Assembly: GCA_964450845.1 (NCBI GenBank)
Contig: CAYVGZ010000001.1
Span: 107,076-171,075 of the forward strand
Reading direction: 5' to 3'
DNA length: 64,000 bases
Source: an uncultured Candidatus Bathyarchaeia archaeon
GTDB taxonomy: Archaea; Thermoproteota; Bathyarchaeia; Bathyarchaeales; Bathycorpusculaceae
The notes under the pieces were generated by a model. The model made no database searches. It had not been told where the DNA came from and worked only from the letters and a program-made list of their open reading frames with translations. This document shows positions 28,825-38,630 of the stretch, piece by piece (position 1 is the first letter of the stretch; the number at the start of each line of letters is the position of its first letter). The translations under genes and the position numbers were made by a program.

Positions 28825-31263
28825 CTAGGAGTGCTCCTCTTCAAGATCCTCTTTAGGGATCGTGTCTAATTTCTTTGCACTAGTAGGCCTAGAATCAAAG
28901 TCGTCTCCGAATAGATTTAGTTGTAAATTTTTTTTTATTCCAAACTTATCTAGTGCTTTCAAAACCAAGTCCTCATAGTAATTAAGGTCTAGTTGCGATA
29001 TATCGTCGACCCATTTAACGAATGTATAATTCTTTCCATTGATTTTATAATACGGTTTTAGTTCTGGAAATGGTAATGGTTTCTTTGTTACTACATAATT
29101 GATCTGGGTACCTTGTGTGGCAACCTGCCCAGTTTTCATTTCCATTTGTTTACCAAGGAATAATCTCATGTCATACGCGTCATCATATTCTCTTGGTTCC
29201 TTTGAAAGCTTAACGCGTTCTTCAAAGTCTTCCAGCTTTGCATTCTTAAAGTCTAAGGATTTCTGTAATACTTCATCCTTTGGCAAGCCATTGAATACAT
29301 GTTGTATAGCTAGCTGTATTGCTCGGTCTACTATGTGTGCTGCACGAGATGCTTTAAATGATGAACCATGTATTAGATACTTTCCATTCTCTTCAACTAC
29401 ATAGTTTTTCATAGCATAGAAGTAAGCTCTGCCAAAGTCATCTAACTCCATTTGCATGTAGTTATCTTTGATTCCAAACTTAGATTCTATTAGCTTGTCT
29501 AGCCATGTATTAATCTCTTTTTCTGATACTTCTTTATCTAGGATTAATCCATCTGTATCTAACTCTATTAGATTATCTCGTAGTTTTCTAATTACATTTC
29601 CAGTAGTCCATCTGCACATAGCAGTAACCATTACTGCAGACATCATGTCTCCATAGGTACTACTCTTAAGCCCCAAGATTCCGTATATTGAGTTGAGGAT
29701 AACCTTGATGGCGTACTGTTGAGAATCCAGCGCGGGTCGCTCCGATTCTGTAGCGGTCTTAAGCTGCTTTTTAATCTTAACACGCTCAGCACGAAGCTTC
29801 GATATTTCTGTCTTGAGTACACCTTCGACGTCGTTCCTGACCTTAATAAGGATATCACACCGAAAGTTAGCATCTGGAATCCTATACCAGTTGTATTTCG
29901 AGTCTTTCTTGAATGTGTATTTACCAGTGTACGGAAGCTTCTTGACGAAAGATGTGGTATCTGGCCCGAGGTTCCAAGTTTGGATGCTGCTGGGATACAT
30001 GCTGGAAAAGTCCAGTTTATAGACTTGAGGGAAATAACCATCTTTATATAGTCCTACTAATGCTCCTTCATACTTCGTTCCAATTTCTGCTATAGACCCA
30101 TTGCTGGCATTGTATCTTTGAAAGTTGCTATCTGTAGCAATAAGACCTTTCTTTTCCATGTTTCGGGCTAGGAATAACTTTGGTACGAAGCTGGAGTACA
30201 TTGTTATAATGCTATTGAGTGGAACACTTAGCATCTCTGCTAGAGTTATACAGTTTCTCATGTAGACATGGCCAACCCACTCGGTTCTGTATATGTCATC
30301 ATCTAAGTATGAGTAGAGTTTATCTGAGTCCTTCTTGTATAAGTCCACTAGATTTTCTACGTGGTCTTTTACTTCTATATCTTCTAATGCTTCTTCTCTC
30401 CATATTCCATTTATTATTTCAGTTCGCTTTGCTTTATAGAACCTAGCAATTTCTTTTAGAGACCTAGATTTGATACCAAACAGAGTTTGGTCTTTGGATA
30501 CTCCAGCATTGGAATTATATATATCAAAATGTATTCTTCCAGGAATTCTTAACTGGTCTTCAATGAAATATGGTGCCTTGTGTTGGCGACCAATCCCTTT
30601 CATACTTATATCTAGTAGCTTACACCTATCCATGATATATGGAAAGTCGAAATCTAGCGAGTTATACCCAGCTACAATGTCTGGATCGTTCTTCTCTACA
30701 TCATCTATAAATTCAAGCAGTATCTTTTTGTCACCGTCAGTGCTTTGTCCAATACTTGTTCCTTTCAAATCAAATCCTTTTATGATCTTATGTTTGAGCT
30801 TTTCTTTTGTACCATTGTTCTTATAAATCCAAATACTATATCCTATACATAAGATTTCATTTGATATTGACTTAGGAAAGAATCCATCACCCTTTGTTGC
30901 TACTTCTATATCAAAGAACATTATCTTTAGATCATTTGTATGAGGAAAGCCAAGAAGATAATCTGGCCTAGATATATACAGCTGTTCGATAAAGCTATTA
31001 GCTTGTATAAACCGTTGTCTATCTAAGCTTCTCTTTCTAAATTCTGTATATCCTTCTAGGTCTGGGAACTGAAGTCTAAGATATTCTCTTTCTTCATATT
31101 CTGGAACCTTAATCCACTTTTCTACTGGCGATTGAACGTCAGGAAACATGTCTTTTTGTGCTAAGACAAATGGTTTCATTGGGTGTTGGACCCGCTGTTC
31201 TAATCCATTTGCATATATAACTAATTCATCATTTGTTGGTATTACCGATAAAGGTATTTTCAT
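28825..31263 (-). CDS. polB: Family B DNA polymerase with 3'-5' exonuclease
   Basis: FDIEV, AGYNSLDFDFPY, LDFSSMYPS, KVILNSIYG, ELDTDG, KNY. Confidence 0.95.
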   Translation of the reverse strand: MKIPLSVIPTNDELVIYANGLEQRVQHPMKPFVLAQKDMFPDVQSPVEKWIKVPEYEEREYLRLQFPDLEGYTEFRKRSLDRQRFIQANSFIEQLYISRPDYLLGFPHTNDLKIMFFDIEVATKGDGFFPKSISNEILCIGYSIWIYKNNGTKEKLKHKIIKGFDLKGTSIGQSTDGDKKILLEFIDDVEKNDPDIVAGYNSLDFDFPYIMDRCKLLDISMKGIGRQHKAPYFIEDQLRIPGRIHFDIYNSNAGVSKDQTLFGIKSRSLKEIARFYKAKRTEIINGIWREEALEDIEVKDHVENLVDLYKKDSDKLYSYLDDDIYRTEWVGHVYMRNCITLAEMLSVPLNSIITMYSSFVPKLFLARNMEKKGLIATDSNFQRYNASNGSIAEIGTKYEGALVGLYKDGYFPQVYKLDFSSMYPSSIQTWNLGPDTTSFVKKLPYTGKYTFKKDSKYNWYRIPDANFRCDILIKVRNDVEGVLKTEISKLRAERVKIKKQLKTATESERPALDSQQYAIKVILNSIYGILGLKSSTYGDMMSAVMVTAMCRWTTGNVIRKLRDNLIELDTDGLILDKEVSEKEINTWLDKLIESKFGIKDNYMQMELDDFGRAYFYAMKNYVVEENGKYLIHGSSFKASRAAHIVDRAIQLAIQHVFNGLPKDEVLQKSLDFKNAKLEDFEERVKLSKEPREYDDAYDMRLFLGKQMEMKTGQVATQGTQINYVVTKKPLPFPELKPYYKINGKNYTFVKWVDDISQLDLNYYEDLVLKALDKFGIKKNLQLNLFGDDFDSRPTSAKKLDTIPKEDLEEEHS

Positions 31264-31595
31264 ATTATCTCCCAGTCTTTCGTATCTCTGGCCGTAATGG
31301 CCTTAAGAGCATTACCTCGCGGGATTAATAATGCAGTTCCGTCTTCGTTTACGTGCTCGCACTTATAGATTTTATATCCATGCTTATATTCCTGCCCAGA
31401 TATAAATTTTTCATCAAATATTTTAATGTGTCCACCGATTCTTCTTGTTATAACTTTGGTAAATGTTCTAGGTTCCCAGTTAATTCTTTTACCAGTTAGA
31501 TGTTCAAAGATTTCTACTGTAAATGAGCAGTTCTTTTGAGTTGAAGGATCGTATGTGCATTCCGTTACTCTTCCATCAAAATACATCCATATCAT
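31260..31595 (-). CDS. Hypothetical protein
   Basis: 111 aa, translationally coupled to the polymerase gene. Confidence 0.65.
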   Translation of the reverse strand: MIWMYFDGRVTECTYDPSTQKNCSFTVEIFEHLTGKRINWEPRTFTKVITRRIGGHIKIFDEKFISGQEYKHGYKIYKCEHVNEDGTALLIPRGNALKAITARDTKDWEII

Positions 31596-32188
31596 TATAA
31601 CATCTTCCTTAAGTTAATAGAGGAAGGTTTTCCTCCAGCTAGTAGTAGCAATCTTTCTGATGTTAATCTCCACCTAACTGCGTCTATAGTCTGTGCTGTA
31701 GGATAATTCCTATATAAAGTTGTTTCTTTCTCTATCATTTGCTTTATTATCTCTTGTAATTCAAAGCAAGTATTTTGAGTTAGATTATCTATGGAATCAT
31801 CCTTACGCATAAACCTATAGTAATAGCTAAGATATATAACCTTGTCTAGTCTTGCTTTCATTTCTCCTTGATCTGAGCCTAATAAAATATTTGCAACTAA
31901 AGAGTTTCTGAAGTGTGCTAGGTCATAGTTTTCTATCCAGTTGAAGTCTCTTTCTCTTCTTCTGAATGAGAATCTATATCCTTCATTTTCAACTACTAGA
32001 AATGGTTTTTCTCCTGCGAGATTATTCCAGTTTGCTGCTATATGTTCTCTCATGGCCTCATTATTAGCTGTGTAGAATCTTAATAACTCTTCTCGCTTTA
32101 AAATGAGATCTTGAAAGTGTAGCCTAGATTGAGAACCGATATCTTCGATTACTTTATCTAGTCCTATGATTTCCATTCTAACCGCCAA
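31595..32188 (-). CDS. Hypothetical protein
   Basis: 197 aa, overlaps the Ubl gene end. Confidence 0.65.
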   Translation of the reverse strand: MAVRMEIIGLDKVIEDIGSQSRLHFQDLILKREELLRFYTANNEAMREHIAANWNNLAGEKPFLVVENEGYRFSFRRRERDFNWIENYDLAHFRNSLVANILLGSDQGEMKARLDKVIYLSYYYRFMRKDDSIDNLTQNTCFELQEIIKQMIEKETTLYRNYPTAQTIDAVRWRLTSERLLLLAGGKPSSINLRKML

Positions 32189-32405
32189 TCAGTTGATTAG
32201 TAACACTAACCTCATGTTTAACTTTCTTGAGGTCGTCTTCTTGAATAACTTCTCCACCAAAGTGTTTTCCATCGATAAAGATAGTTCGTTTATTCTCTAT
32301 TTCAGTATTCAAGATTCTTATTGCATCTGCTAATGCATACTCTTCGGATTCATATCCTTTAGTTGGTATGGTACGTTCTATTCTAATCTTTTTTTCTTCA
32401 CTCAC
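32178..32405 (-). CDS. Ubiquitin-like (beta-grasp) protein ending in Gly-Gly
   Basis: 75 aa ending VSVTNQLIGG*; strand-strand-helix-strand pattern; ThiF gene two genes upstream. Confidence 0.7.
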   Translation of the reverse strand: MSEEKKIRIERTIPTKGYESEEYALADAIRILNTEIENKRTIFIDGKHFGGEVIQEDDLKKVKHEVSVTNQLIGG

Positions 32406-34746
32406 TTAGTTCCTCCTCCAGATTATAGATTGTTCCTGCTATTACTGAGTCATTCTTCAGTGCTAATAACTTAGATATAACAGTATCATATCCAATGTTC
32501 GATTTAATATTACTTTGATCTATCATGCACACGTATTTTCCGTTCTCATATACATTCTTTGCACCCTTCTTTAATTCAGGGTCTATAAATACGTATGAAT
32601 CCTTGTTATCATAGGCAATAATATATCTGTGACCAGACATACCAACAAGGGTTATAGCAGTCATGTTCCTATTTCCTTTAGAGTTCCAATAAGAACAAAA
32701 CTCTCCTTGTACGTCTGTAACTTTTTTTGTCAGAAATGCTTGAGATCTTTCCTTAAAGGCCTCATATGCTGAGTCTATTAAAAACTTATATCTAACGTAG
32801 TCTTTTGAACTTTCTACAGATTCAAATATAATCTTTTGTATCTTGTCTTCACAGCTAGTAACCTGTTCTCCAATAAACTTAGCAAAGAGTATGTTAACTA
32901 GTTCTTTTCCCTTAATTGGAATCTCTATCGTGTCTAAGATCATCACATATTTAGATCTACCCTTAAGCTTTTTAAATCTAAATAGCTTGTTTGAACTACC
33001 AAGCTTAAGCTCATAACCAGAAGTCATTCCAATGTATACAGATAGACCTAACTTACCAATGTTAGATATAAATTTGTTTGCTTCCTCTTGGCTTCTATAA
33101 CATGTTAATTCTCTTAGAACAGTTAACACTTCATTCCTATTAAATCTTTGACCATTGAGATAGGTAAGCTTTGCTTTATTAGCAGTAGTTTTAATCTCTA
33201 GCTTAATCTCTATACAGTCGTTTAATTTAATAGTTATTACAGAGTTTTCAGCAGAATACGAGTTAACTCTGTTCTTAAGTTCGGTAAAGATCTTGTCTAG
33301 AATATCGTTTAAGATAGTCTCTTCACTTGTCTCGCCTCTGTAGTATGTTATCAGGTATGATTCAAATGTTTGGAACAGTCTCTGCTTTAGTAACTCGTCA
33401 TCTATAGCTATACTGAAATCATTGTATGAGACTTTTCCTTCTGAATGGTTATACTTAATCTTATCACTTATATTGACATCAGAACCAACTGCCTTCTGTT
33501 TCTGTACAATATACTTATATTCGTCTACCATCTTCTTTAAAGCCTTTAGTCTTATCTGTAGTGGCTTTACCTCTGTAGAATCCTTTGATACAGCTGACTC
33601 GAATGAGTCGTAGTTCATATGTATCTTGCCTTTTATAATGGTAGTTCCAGTTAGCTTAGTTAGATTCTTAGTTAGAACATCAACATACTTTTCTAGTACT
33701 GTTTTAATATGTTCTATTGGCTCTTTATCTATTCGAGGGTCTGGTCCGATTATTATATCGTAATGACCACCATGTCTAGGTATACTTAATATAATTCTGC
33801 CTTCATCTACAAAGTTATATGGCATTCGTCCAAAGTTTGTTATCTTAGCATCATCATATGTCCAAGGTCTTGTTTCGGCCATCCATAAGTCTTCAAGATT
33901 ACTAAGTTTAAGCGCATCTCCTTGTACTCCTGCCTTAGCAGTAGCTACTAATGTTGATTGCTTAATCTCATCCATACCATCAAATGGTAGTATCTTTATT
34001 TGATAAGTTCTGGTATTGTTTCCTTGAAGAACCTTTGTAATTTTACCTATATATACAGCTCCGCTTTTTATGCAGTTGTGAACTACATTTAATCTTAGAG
34101 GATCACATTCAAGCTTCTTTGCGAAAGCGGATATTATTTCTCTTATCTCTTTTCTTTTTAGTTCCTTCACACTATTGAAGTGCTCAAATATACTATTGAG
34201 CTCTTTTGTAGTAGATCCATCGGTCTGCTTTGATATGCTTATGTTCTTTGTTTTTCCATTGGAAGACATAAACTCACATTGATCAGTAAATCTTTTCTTT
34301 GATACTACCTGTCCCATAAGAGAATCAGCAATAATATAATCTATCATATCGTCAGGATAGGCATCAAACCCCTCATTCTTATTTCTGTAGTCGTCAGTCG
34401 TAGTAGACATCCATTGTAGTATGTCTTCGTCCCCTGAGTCTAATGCCTTTGCTTCTATTCCCTTTTCAATCTTTTCATTAATTGTCCAAGTTAGAATAGT
34501 AAATGGATACCATCGTCCAGCAGATTTGTTGATCAAGTGAAGATTACTTTTTTTGTCATTAGTAATCTTAATTAACCTAAATCCTGTTTCTTTTCCCTCA
34601 AAACTGTCAGTAGCTTCGCACACCGTTTTAATTGCTACCTCGGCATTGTTAACACTATCTACGTCTAGCTTATAGTTTAACAAGGTATCTAATACTTCAC
34701 GAGGTGTGCTAACTTTTTGTTCTGTAGCTTCGCCTTTTTGTCTCAT
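32398..34746 (-). CDS. Large hypothetical protein between E1 and Ubl
   Basis: 782-aa intact ORF; no family recognised. Confidence 0.8.
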   Translation of the reverse strand: MRQKGEATEQKVSTPREVLDTLLNYKLDVDSVNNAEVAIKTVCEATDSFEGKETGFRLIKITNDKKSNLHLINKSAGRWYPFTILTWTINEKIEKGIEAKALDSGDEDILQWMSTTTDDYRNKNEGFDAYPDDMIDYIIADSLMGQVVSKKRFTDQCEFMSSNGKTKNISISKQTDGSTTKELNSIFEHFNSVKELKRKEIREIISAFAKKLECDPLRLNVVHNCIKSGAVYIGKITKVLQGNNTRTYQIKILPFDGMDEIKQSTLVATAKAGVQGDALKLSNLEDLWMAETRPWTYDDAKITNFGRMPYNFVDEGRIILSIPRHGGHYDIIIGPDPRIDKEPIEHIKTVLEKYVDVLTKNLTKLTGTTIIKGKIHMNYDSFESAVSKDSTEVKPLQIRLKALKKMVDEYKYIVQKQKAVGSDVNISDKIKYNHSEGKVSYNDFSIAIDDELLKQRLFQTFESYLITYYRGETSEETILNDILDKIFTELKNRVNSYSAENSVITIKLNDCIEIKLEIKTTANKAKLTYLNGQRFNRNEVLTVLRELTCYRSQEEANKFISNIGKLGLSVYIGMTSGYELKLGSSNKLFRFKKLKGRSKYVMILDTIEIPIKGKELVNILFAKFIGEQVTSCEDKIQKIIFESVESSKDYVRYKFLIDSAYEAFKERSQAFLTKKVTDVQGEFCSYWNSKGNRNMTAITLVGMSGHRYIIAYDNKDSYVFIDPELKKGAKNVYENGKYVCMIDQSNIKSNIGYDTVISKLLALKNDSVIAGTIYNLEEELSE

Positions 34747-34755
34747 GTTTATTCC

Positions 34756-35325
34756 TTAGAAGTGGATCATTAGGTCGTTCGGTAGTTTCTTTGTTCTTGT
34801 ATATGATAAGACTGCTTGAGCAAGCGCAGCAGCTACTATCACGTTACCGTATTCGATTTCTTCCTTAGCTATCTGAAACGGATTCTGACAGCTTTGGCTC
34901 TCGCTTGATTCGTCTATTGTGGAGATATAGTTCTCTGTTTCGCTTGAGAATATTCCAATCATTTTACCATTTGCCCTAGCATCTATAAATGGTATTCCTG
35001 ATGTTACAAATGCATCGTGAGCGTTACGTCTTATCAGATTATTATCAGCACATAGAATGATAAGACTAAAGCCATTTAAATCTTTTCTTTCTATTCGTTT
35101 GTTCTCGAATGCTACATTTAAGCACCTAAATTCTAGAGCGGAGGTCTTGTATTCTCCTATGTCTCCAGGTTCAAAGTTCTGATATAGAATGTTTTTCTTC
35201 TCTACCTTATCATCATCAAAGAACTTGAAGTTAACATCTTTTATTTGCTCTAGATCAATTAGCCTGTTAATATGTTCTGCGAAGTACGATCCAATTCCTC
35301 CACAACCTACTACTGCGACGTTCAT
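34756..35325 (-). CDS. ThiF/MoeB-family (E1-like) adenylyltransferase
   Basis: VAVVGCGGIGS, FDDDKVEKKNILYQNF..GDIGEYK, ILCADN, FIDAR; a Cys in SCQ; lacks Zn-binding CxxC pairs. Confidence 0.9.
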   Translation of the reverse strand: MNVAVVGCGGIGSYFAEHINRLIDLEQIKDVNFKFFDDDKVEKKNILYQNFEPGDIGEYKTSALEFRCLNVAFENKRIERKDLNGFSLIILCADNNLIRRNAHDAFVTSGIPFIDARANGKMIGIFSSETENYISTIDESSESQSCQNPFQIAKEEIEYGNVIVAAALAQAVLSYTRTKKLPNDLMIHF

Positions 35326-35939
35326 ACTTGCTCCTTTAATCGTTTGAGCCCAAGTTCAGCTATAACTACTGCATCAGCTATGTGCTCAAACTCACCTTTA
35401 TTATATATATTTAAAATTCCAGCTTCCTGTACTCTGCTGCAATTTATAATGAACTTCTTGTTATTGGTTCCTATTTGGTTACTATAGTTTTTAACTACGT
35501 AATCTATCACTTCATTCTTTGTAGCCTTGGCCTTGCCAGTAACCTGTTTATGAACCTCAGTTGGCGTCACAGGAGCACGCATCCATGACCCAGCATCTAT
35601 ATTTTCAAACATCTGCTGCGATAATACTGATGCTATGACTCCTTTAGCCATGCCTAAGCAGGCAGCTGCTCGTTGACTCTGAGATCCTCCAGGTACTTCA
35701 AATGCAAATATTTTAATACCAGATCTATTCATTAGAGTATTCATGAACATCTTTACTCCAGAGTATAAGATAGATGCTCGGTCAAGATCTATTAGACTGG
35801 ACGACTTAGGAAGCTTTGGATTCTTTATCAGCCGCGAAGTCTCAATACATGGCTTGATGCCCTTACGATCCTGTCGTAAGATGACGCATCCGCAGAAATT
35901 AAAGGAGCAATCAATTGCTCCGACGTAAATTTTAGCCAT
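35322..35939 (-). CDS. RuvC-like Holliday junction resolvase
   Basis: AIDCSF, FAFEVP, PVTPTEVHK..TGKAKATKNEV, HIADAV. Confidence 0.75.
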   Translation of the reverse strand: MAKIYVGAIDCSFNFCGCVILRQDRKGIKPCIETSRLIKNPKLPKSSSLIDLDRASILYSGVKMFMNTLMNRSGIKIFAFEVPGGSQSQRAAACLGMAKGVIASVLSQQMFENIDAGSWMRAPVTPTEVHKQVTGKAKATKNEVIDYVVKNYSNQIGTNNKKFIINCSRVQEAGILNIYNKGEFEHIADAVVIAELGLKRLKEQV

Positions 35940-36541
35940 TTGTCTACTCCAATTCTAGTGTATCCTTCTTCCCAAACTATGTTAGTTCTTGGGACTGGCT
36001 TTCCATCTTCAAACTTTTCAGATACTCTTATAACTGTATCGCCTTTTTTAGCTATTAGTTTGTTAAATCCTTCGCAAGTTCCATCAATCCCAAGCGTATA
36101 TAATGATATTAAATTATGTACTTGATCTAATCCTGCATATAGGTGTCTTCCCTTTACAGATCCATTCTCATTAAATGATGAGATAGCTATGTCAAGTACC
36201 TGCACTCTTTTGTCCTCGAGCAGTAAGTTTTTAACAAAGCTAATTGACTCTGAATCAGGTTCATCGAAATCAAATATTAATACATTAGTGCAATAAGGAT
36301 CAAATAGCAAGCCATATGCATGTGGTGTCGTTCCAAGTAATTTAAAAGGAGAGAAGCTCTCCGATGTTGGAGCTTGTTTCCATCGATGCATTTGGTGTGA
36401 AACGAGCACGTGGTGTTGCTGGACGAAAAGCTGGTTGTAGTCTTTCATCAAGCTGTATACGATCTCTTTTGAGTGTTTCTTGTATTCTTGGTGAAAGATT
36501 AGCGGGCTTCTTGAGTCTTCTGCGTTCTGTATTAAAACCAT
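35828..36541 (-). CDS. Hypothetical protein, possible AEP/prim-pol-like motifs; true start uncertain
   Basis: LIFDFD, KGRHLY, DTVIRV; overlaps both neighbours extensively. Confidence 0.5.
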   Translation of the reverse strand: MVLIQNAEDSRSPLIFHQEYKKHSKEIVYSLMKDYNQLFVQQHHVLVSHQMHRWKQAPTSESFSPFKLLGTTPHAYGLLFDPYCTNVLIFDFDEPDSESISFVKNLLLEDKRVQVLDIAISSFNENGSVKGRHLYAGLDQVHNLISLYTLGIDGTCEGFNKLIAKKGDTVIRVSEKFEDGKPVPRTNIVWEEGYTRIGVDKWLKFTSEQLIAPLISADASSYDRIVRASSHVLRLRG

Positions 36542-36983
36542 TTATATGATCCTTCAGTTGTTCTGTTAGGAATTCTTTAGCAGCAATGCTTGGTCTTCTT
36601 AATCCATCATCTCCTATTAGAACTATTTGTGGAACTGGATTAAGTTTCTTTCTCATCATAATGTCAATCTCTAATCCAAATGCATTTCTAGTCAACATTT
36701 GGTTTTGTATATAGTCTGGATTAGCCTGTCGTATTGTTCCAGGATATGTTATCAGTCTTAACTGATATACTTTAGATCTAGGTTCAGTCTTTACTAGATC
36801 TAATAAGGCAAGTCGCCCAGACAAGCCAGCAGTTTGAAAAACTGAATATACATATTTAGGACTGACTTTACTTAGCTGCTCTGTTATGTCTGGCTCTGTC
36901 CGTCTTATTAATGATATAGATAATGTTGGAGTAAAATCTGTAATACTAGTTAATAGCTTTTTAAGTTCTCCTAGGTACGCCAT
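36342..36983 (-). CDS. Hypothetical protein
   Basis: 213-aa ORF. Confidence 0.6.
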   Translation of the reverse strand: MAYLGELKKLLTSITDFTPTLSISLIRRTEPDITEQLSKVSPKYVYSVFQTAGLSGRLALLDLVKTEPRSKVYQLRLITYPGTIRQANPDYIQNQMLTRNAFGLEIDIMMRKKLNPVPQIVLIGDDGLRRPSIAAKEFLTEQLKDHINGFNTERRRLKKPANLSPRIQETLKRDRIQLDERLQPAFRPATPRARFTPNASMETSSNIGELLSF

Positions 36984-37209
36984 ATATGTTTGCCCCTCCT
37001 GATGTCTTGTATTCTGGCGGAACAGTATTTCCCATTGTTCTTTTGGTCTTTGATATCGCGCCAGGAGTCATTGTAAAGCTGAACATAGGTGGTCTCTTGG
37101 ACATTGGTTTTCCGCATTCCAAGCAGAGTACTGGAGCATCTGCATCATTAATCAAAACATCATTCTGGTCTGCTCCGCATTCTTCACAATAAAAGTCAAA
37201 TATTGGCAT
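36961..37209 (-). CDS. FmdB-like zinc-ribbon protein
   Basis: MPIFDFYCEECG...CLECG. Confidence 0.8.
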   Translation of the reverse strand: MPIFDFYCEECGADQNDVLINDADAPVLCLECGKPMSKRPPMFSFTMTPGAISKTKRTMGNTVPPEYKTSGGANIYGVPRRT

Positions 37210-37210
37210 C

Positions 37211-37473
37211 TTATACTCCTCTTTTAATTGCTGGCTCTGATTTGATTGAGCCTCGTTCTATATCTCTATAATGAATTGTTGTTAACATTCGATCAGTAGT
37301 AGGTATTCGTTGAATACCTAAAATGTATTTAGGTGTTTCATTAAGAAAGTTGTTAATTTCTTCATCATCATCGTTTTGACCTTCGTGTTTCCAAACTTAA
37401 CCAAACCTTGATTGACTTCGTGTAATACTGTGTAAGCGAAAGGCTTTTCCGCTATTTCTGTCCTGAGGTTCAT
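37211..37473 (-). pseudogene. Hypothetical gene with in-frame TAA
   Basis: MNLRTEIAEK...SRFG*VWKHEGQ...IKRRV*; stop at 37397-37399; fills the gap exactly with overlapping start. Confidence 0.5.
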
Positions 37474-38060
37474 TTGGCTTTCTCCTTGTATAGCTTAGCG
37501 ATCTTTTCCCAATCATTTCTTCTTATGAAATCTTTGTAGCTTGGATCTTCGTACTCTGACTTTTCTAAATAATAACTCATAGGATAAGATAGAACTACAT
37601 CTACTCCTGTTGAGGTCTTTGCTATAATTTGTCCGTGAGTATCTCTTAATATATTTTTTCTTTTAACGAAGGCAAACTGGGCATCTTCGCCAAGAACAAC
37701 TACAAGGTGTGGTCTAAATATCTCAACAAGCTTTTCTGTCCAAGTTCCAAACGCTTTAATATCGTTCTTGGATACCTGTTCAAGCGGGATTAGAAAGCAG
37801 GAAGAAAGTACCACGTTGTTTAAAGAAAAGTCATTAACAGTTTGAAAAAGATATTTAGAATATTTGTCTTGGAATGGTTTATCTCCATTTAATGGAGGGC
37901 CCAAAACTAATAAGCAATTACCTACGTGTTCAGGATATCCATATGCTACATAAAGTTTCTTTCTACCAAAGTCATACCCATAAGTCAGAGCAACTTTTTT
38001 AAGGTCCTTTTTGAATGCTTCAATGTTTTCCTCAAATGTTGTACCATAGAACAAGTCCAT
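37470..38060 (-). CDS. Uracil-DNA glycosylase-like fold, degenerate
   Basis: LVLGPP...KPF, RPHLVVVLGEDA, LSYPMSY where family-4 UDG has HP(S/A). Confidence 0.55.
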   Translation of the reverse strand: MDLFYGTTFEENIEAFKKDLKKVALTYGYDFGRKKLYVAYGYPEHVGNCLLVLGPPLNGDKPFQDKYSKYLFQTVNDFSLNNVVLSSCFLIPLEQVSKNDIKAFGTWTEKLVEIFRPHLVVVLGEDAQFAFVKRKNILRDTHGQIIAKTSTGVDVVLSYPMSYYLEKSEYEDPSYKDFIRRNDWEKIAKLYKEKAK

Positions 38061-38329
38061 TATCTTCCTCTCATACCAGCAACAGTTAGTTTTTCTTTCT
38101 TAATCGGATCTGGTTTTATTAGAGTATGCTTAGAATCGTCATTCATCCAGAAGTTTATACAAGCCTTTGTAGTTAAGTCTAACTTGCCCTTATTTATTAC
38201 AGCTAAGCAGTCTTGATTTGGTGTCTCGTTAAAATAGGTCTGCCATAGGCCGTTAGCTTTGGCTTTGTATCTGTAGCAGTACTCTTTAGCTGCACAGTTT
38301 ACTCCGTGACACATTGATATATCAGCCAC
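38060..38329 (-). CDS. Hypothetical Cys-rich phage protein
   Basis: MADISMC...C...CYRY...QTYF. Confidence 0.65.
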   Translation of the reverse strand: MADISMCHGVNCAAKEYCYRYKAKANGLWQTYFNETPNQDCLAVINKGKLDLTTKACINFWMNDDSKHTLIKPDPIKKEKLTVAGMRGR

Positions 38330-38330
38330 A

Positions 38331-38621
38331 CTAACCTCTTACTTTTAGAGTTCTAGATGATTTCTTTAATGGTTTTTCGGCGCTGTTAACTGGAAATGGA
38401 ATAAGTCTAATCTCAGCTATAGCAGCTTCTCTAATCTCGTTTATCTGCTCAGGTGTTAAACTTCCAGTAATTGGAGACAATGTAAAAGTAATTTGAATTT
38501 GAGCAGTTTCATTTTGACTAGTTGTGATGCTTTTGTCTAACATATACCATTGTGTGCTAGTATATAAGTTTGAACTTACTTTCCAATTATTAAAAGGAAA
38601 AGTTAAATTTCCTATAGTCAT
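38331..38621 (-). CDS. Hypothetical protein
   Basis: 96-aa ORF in gene run. Confidence 0.55.
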   Translation of the reverse strand: MTIGNLTFPFNNWKVSSNLYTSTQWYMLDKSITTSQNETAQIQITFTLSPITGSLTPEQINEIREAAIAEIRLIPFPVNSAEKPLKKSSRTLKVRG

Positions 38622-38630
38622 TGGTCAAAA

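Noticed and set aside
4375-37473. Stop-codon reassignment (code 15 or 4/25) explaining the in-frame stops
   Set aside because: Interrupting stops are of all three types, all three also end normal genes, long genes are open in code 11, and no suppressor tRNA is seen in the window.
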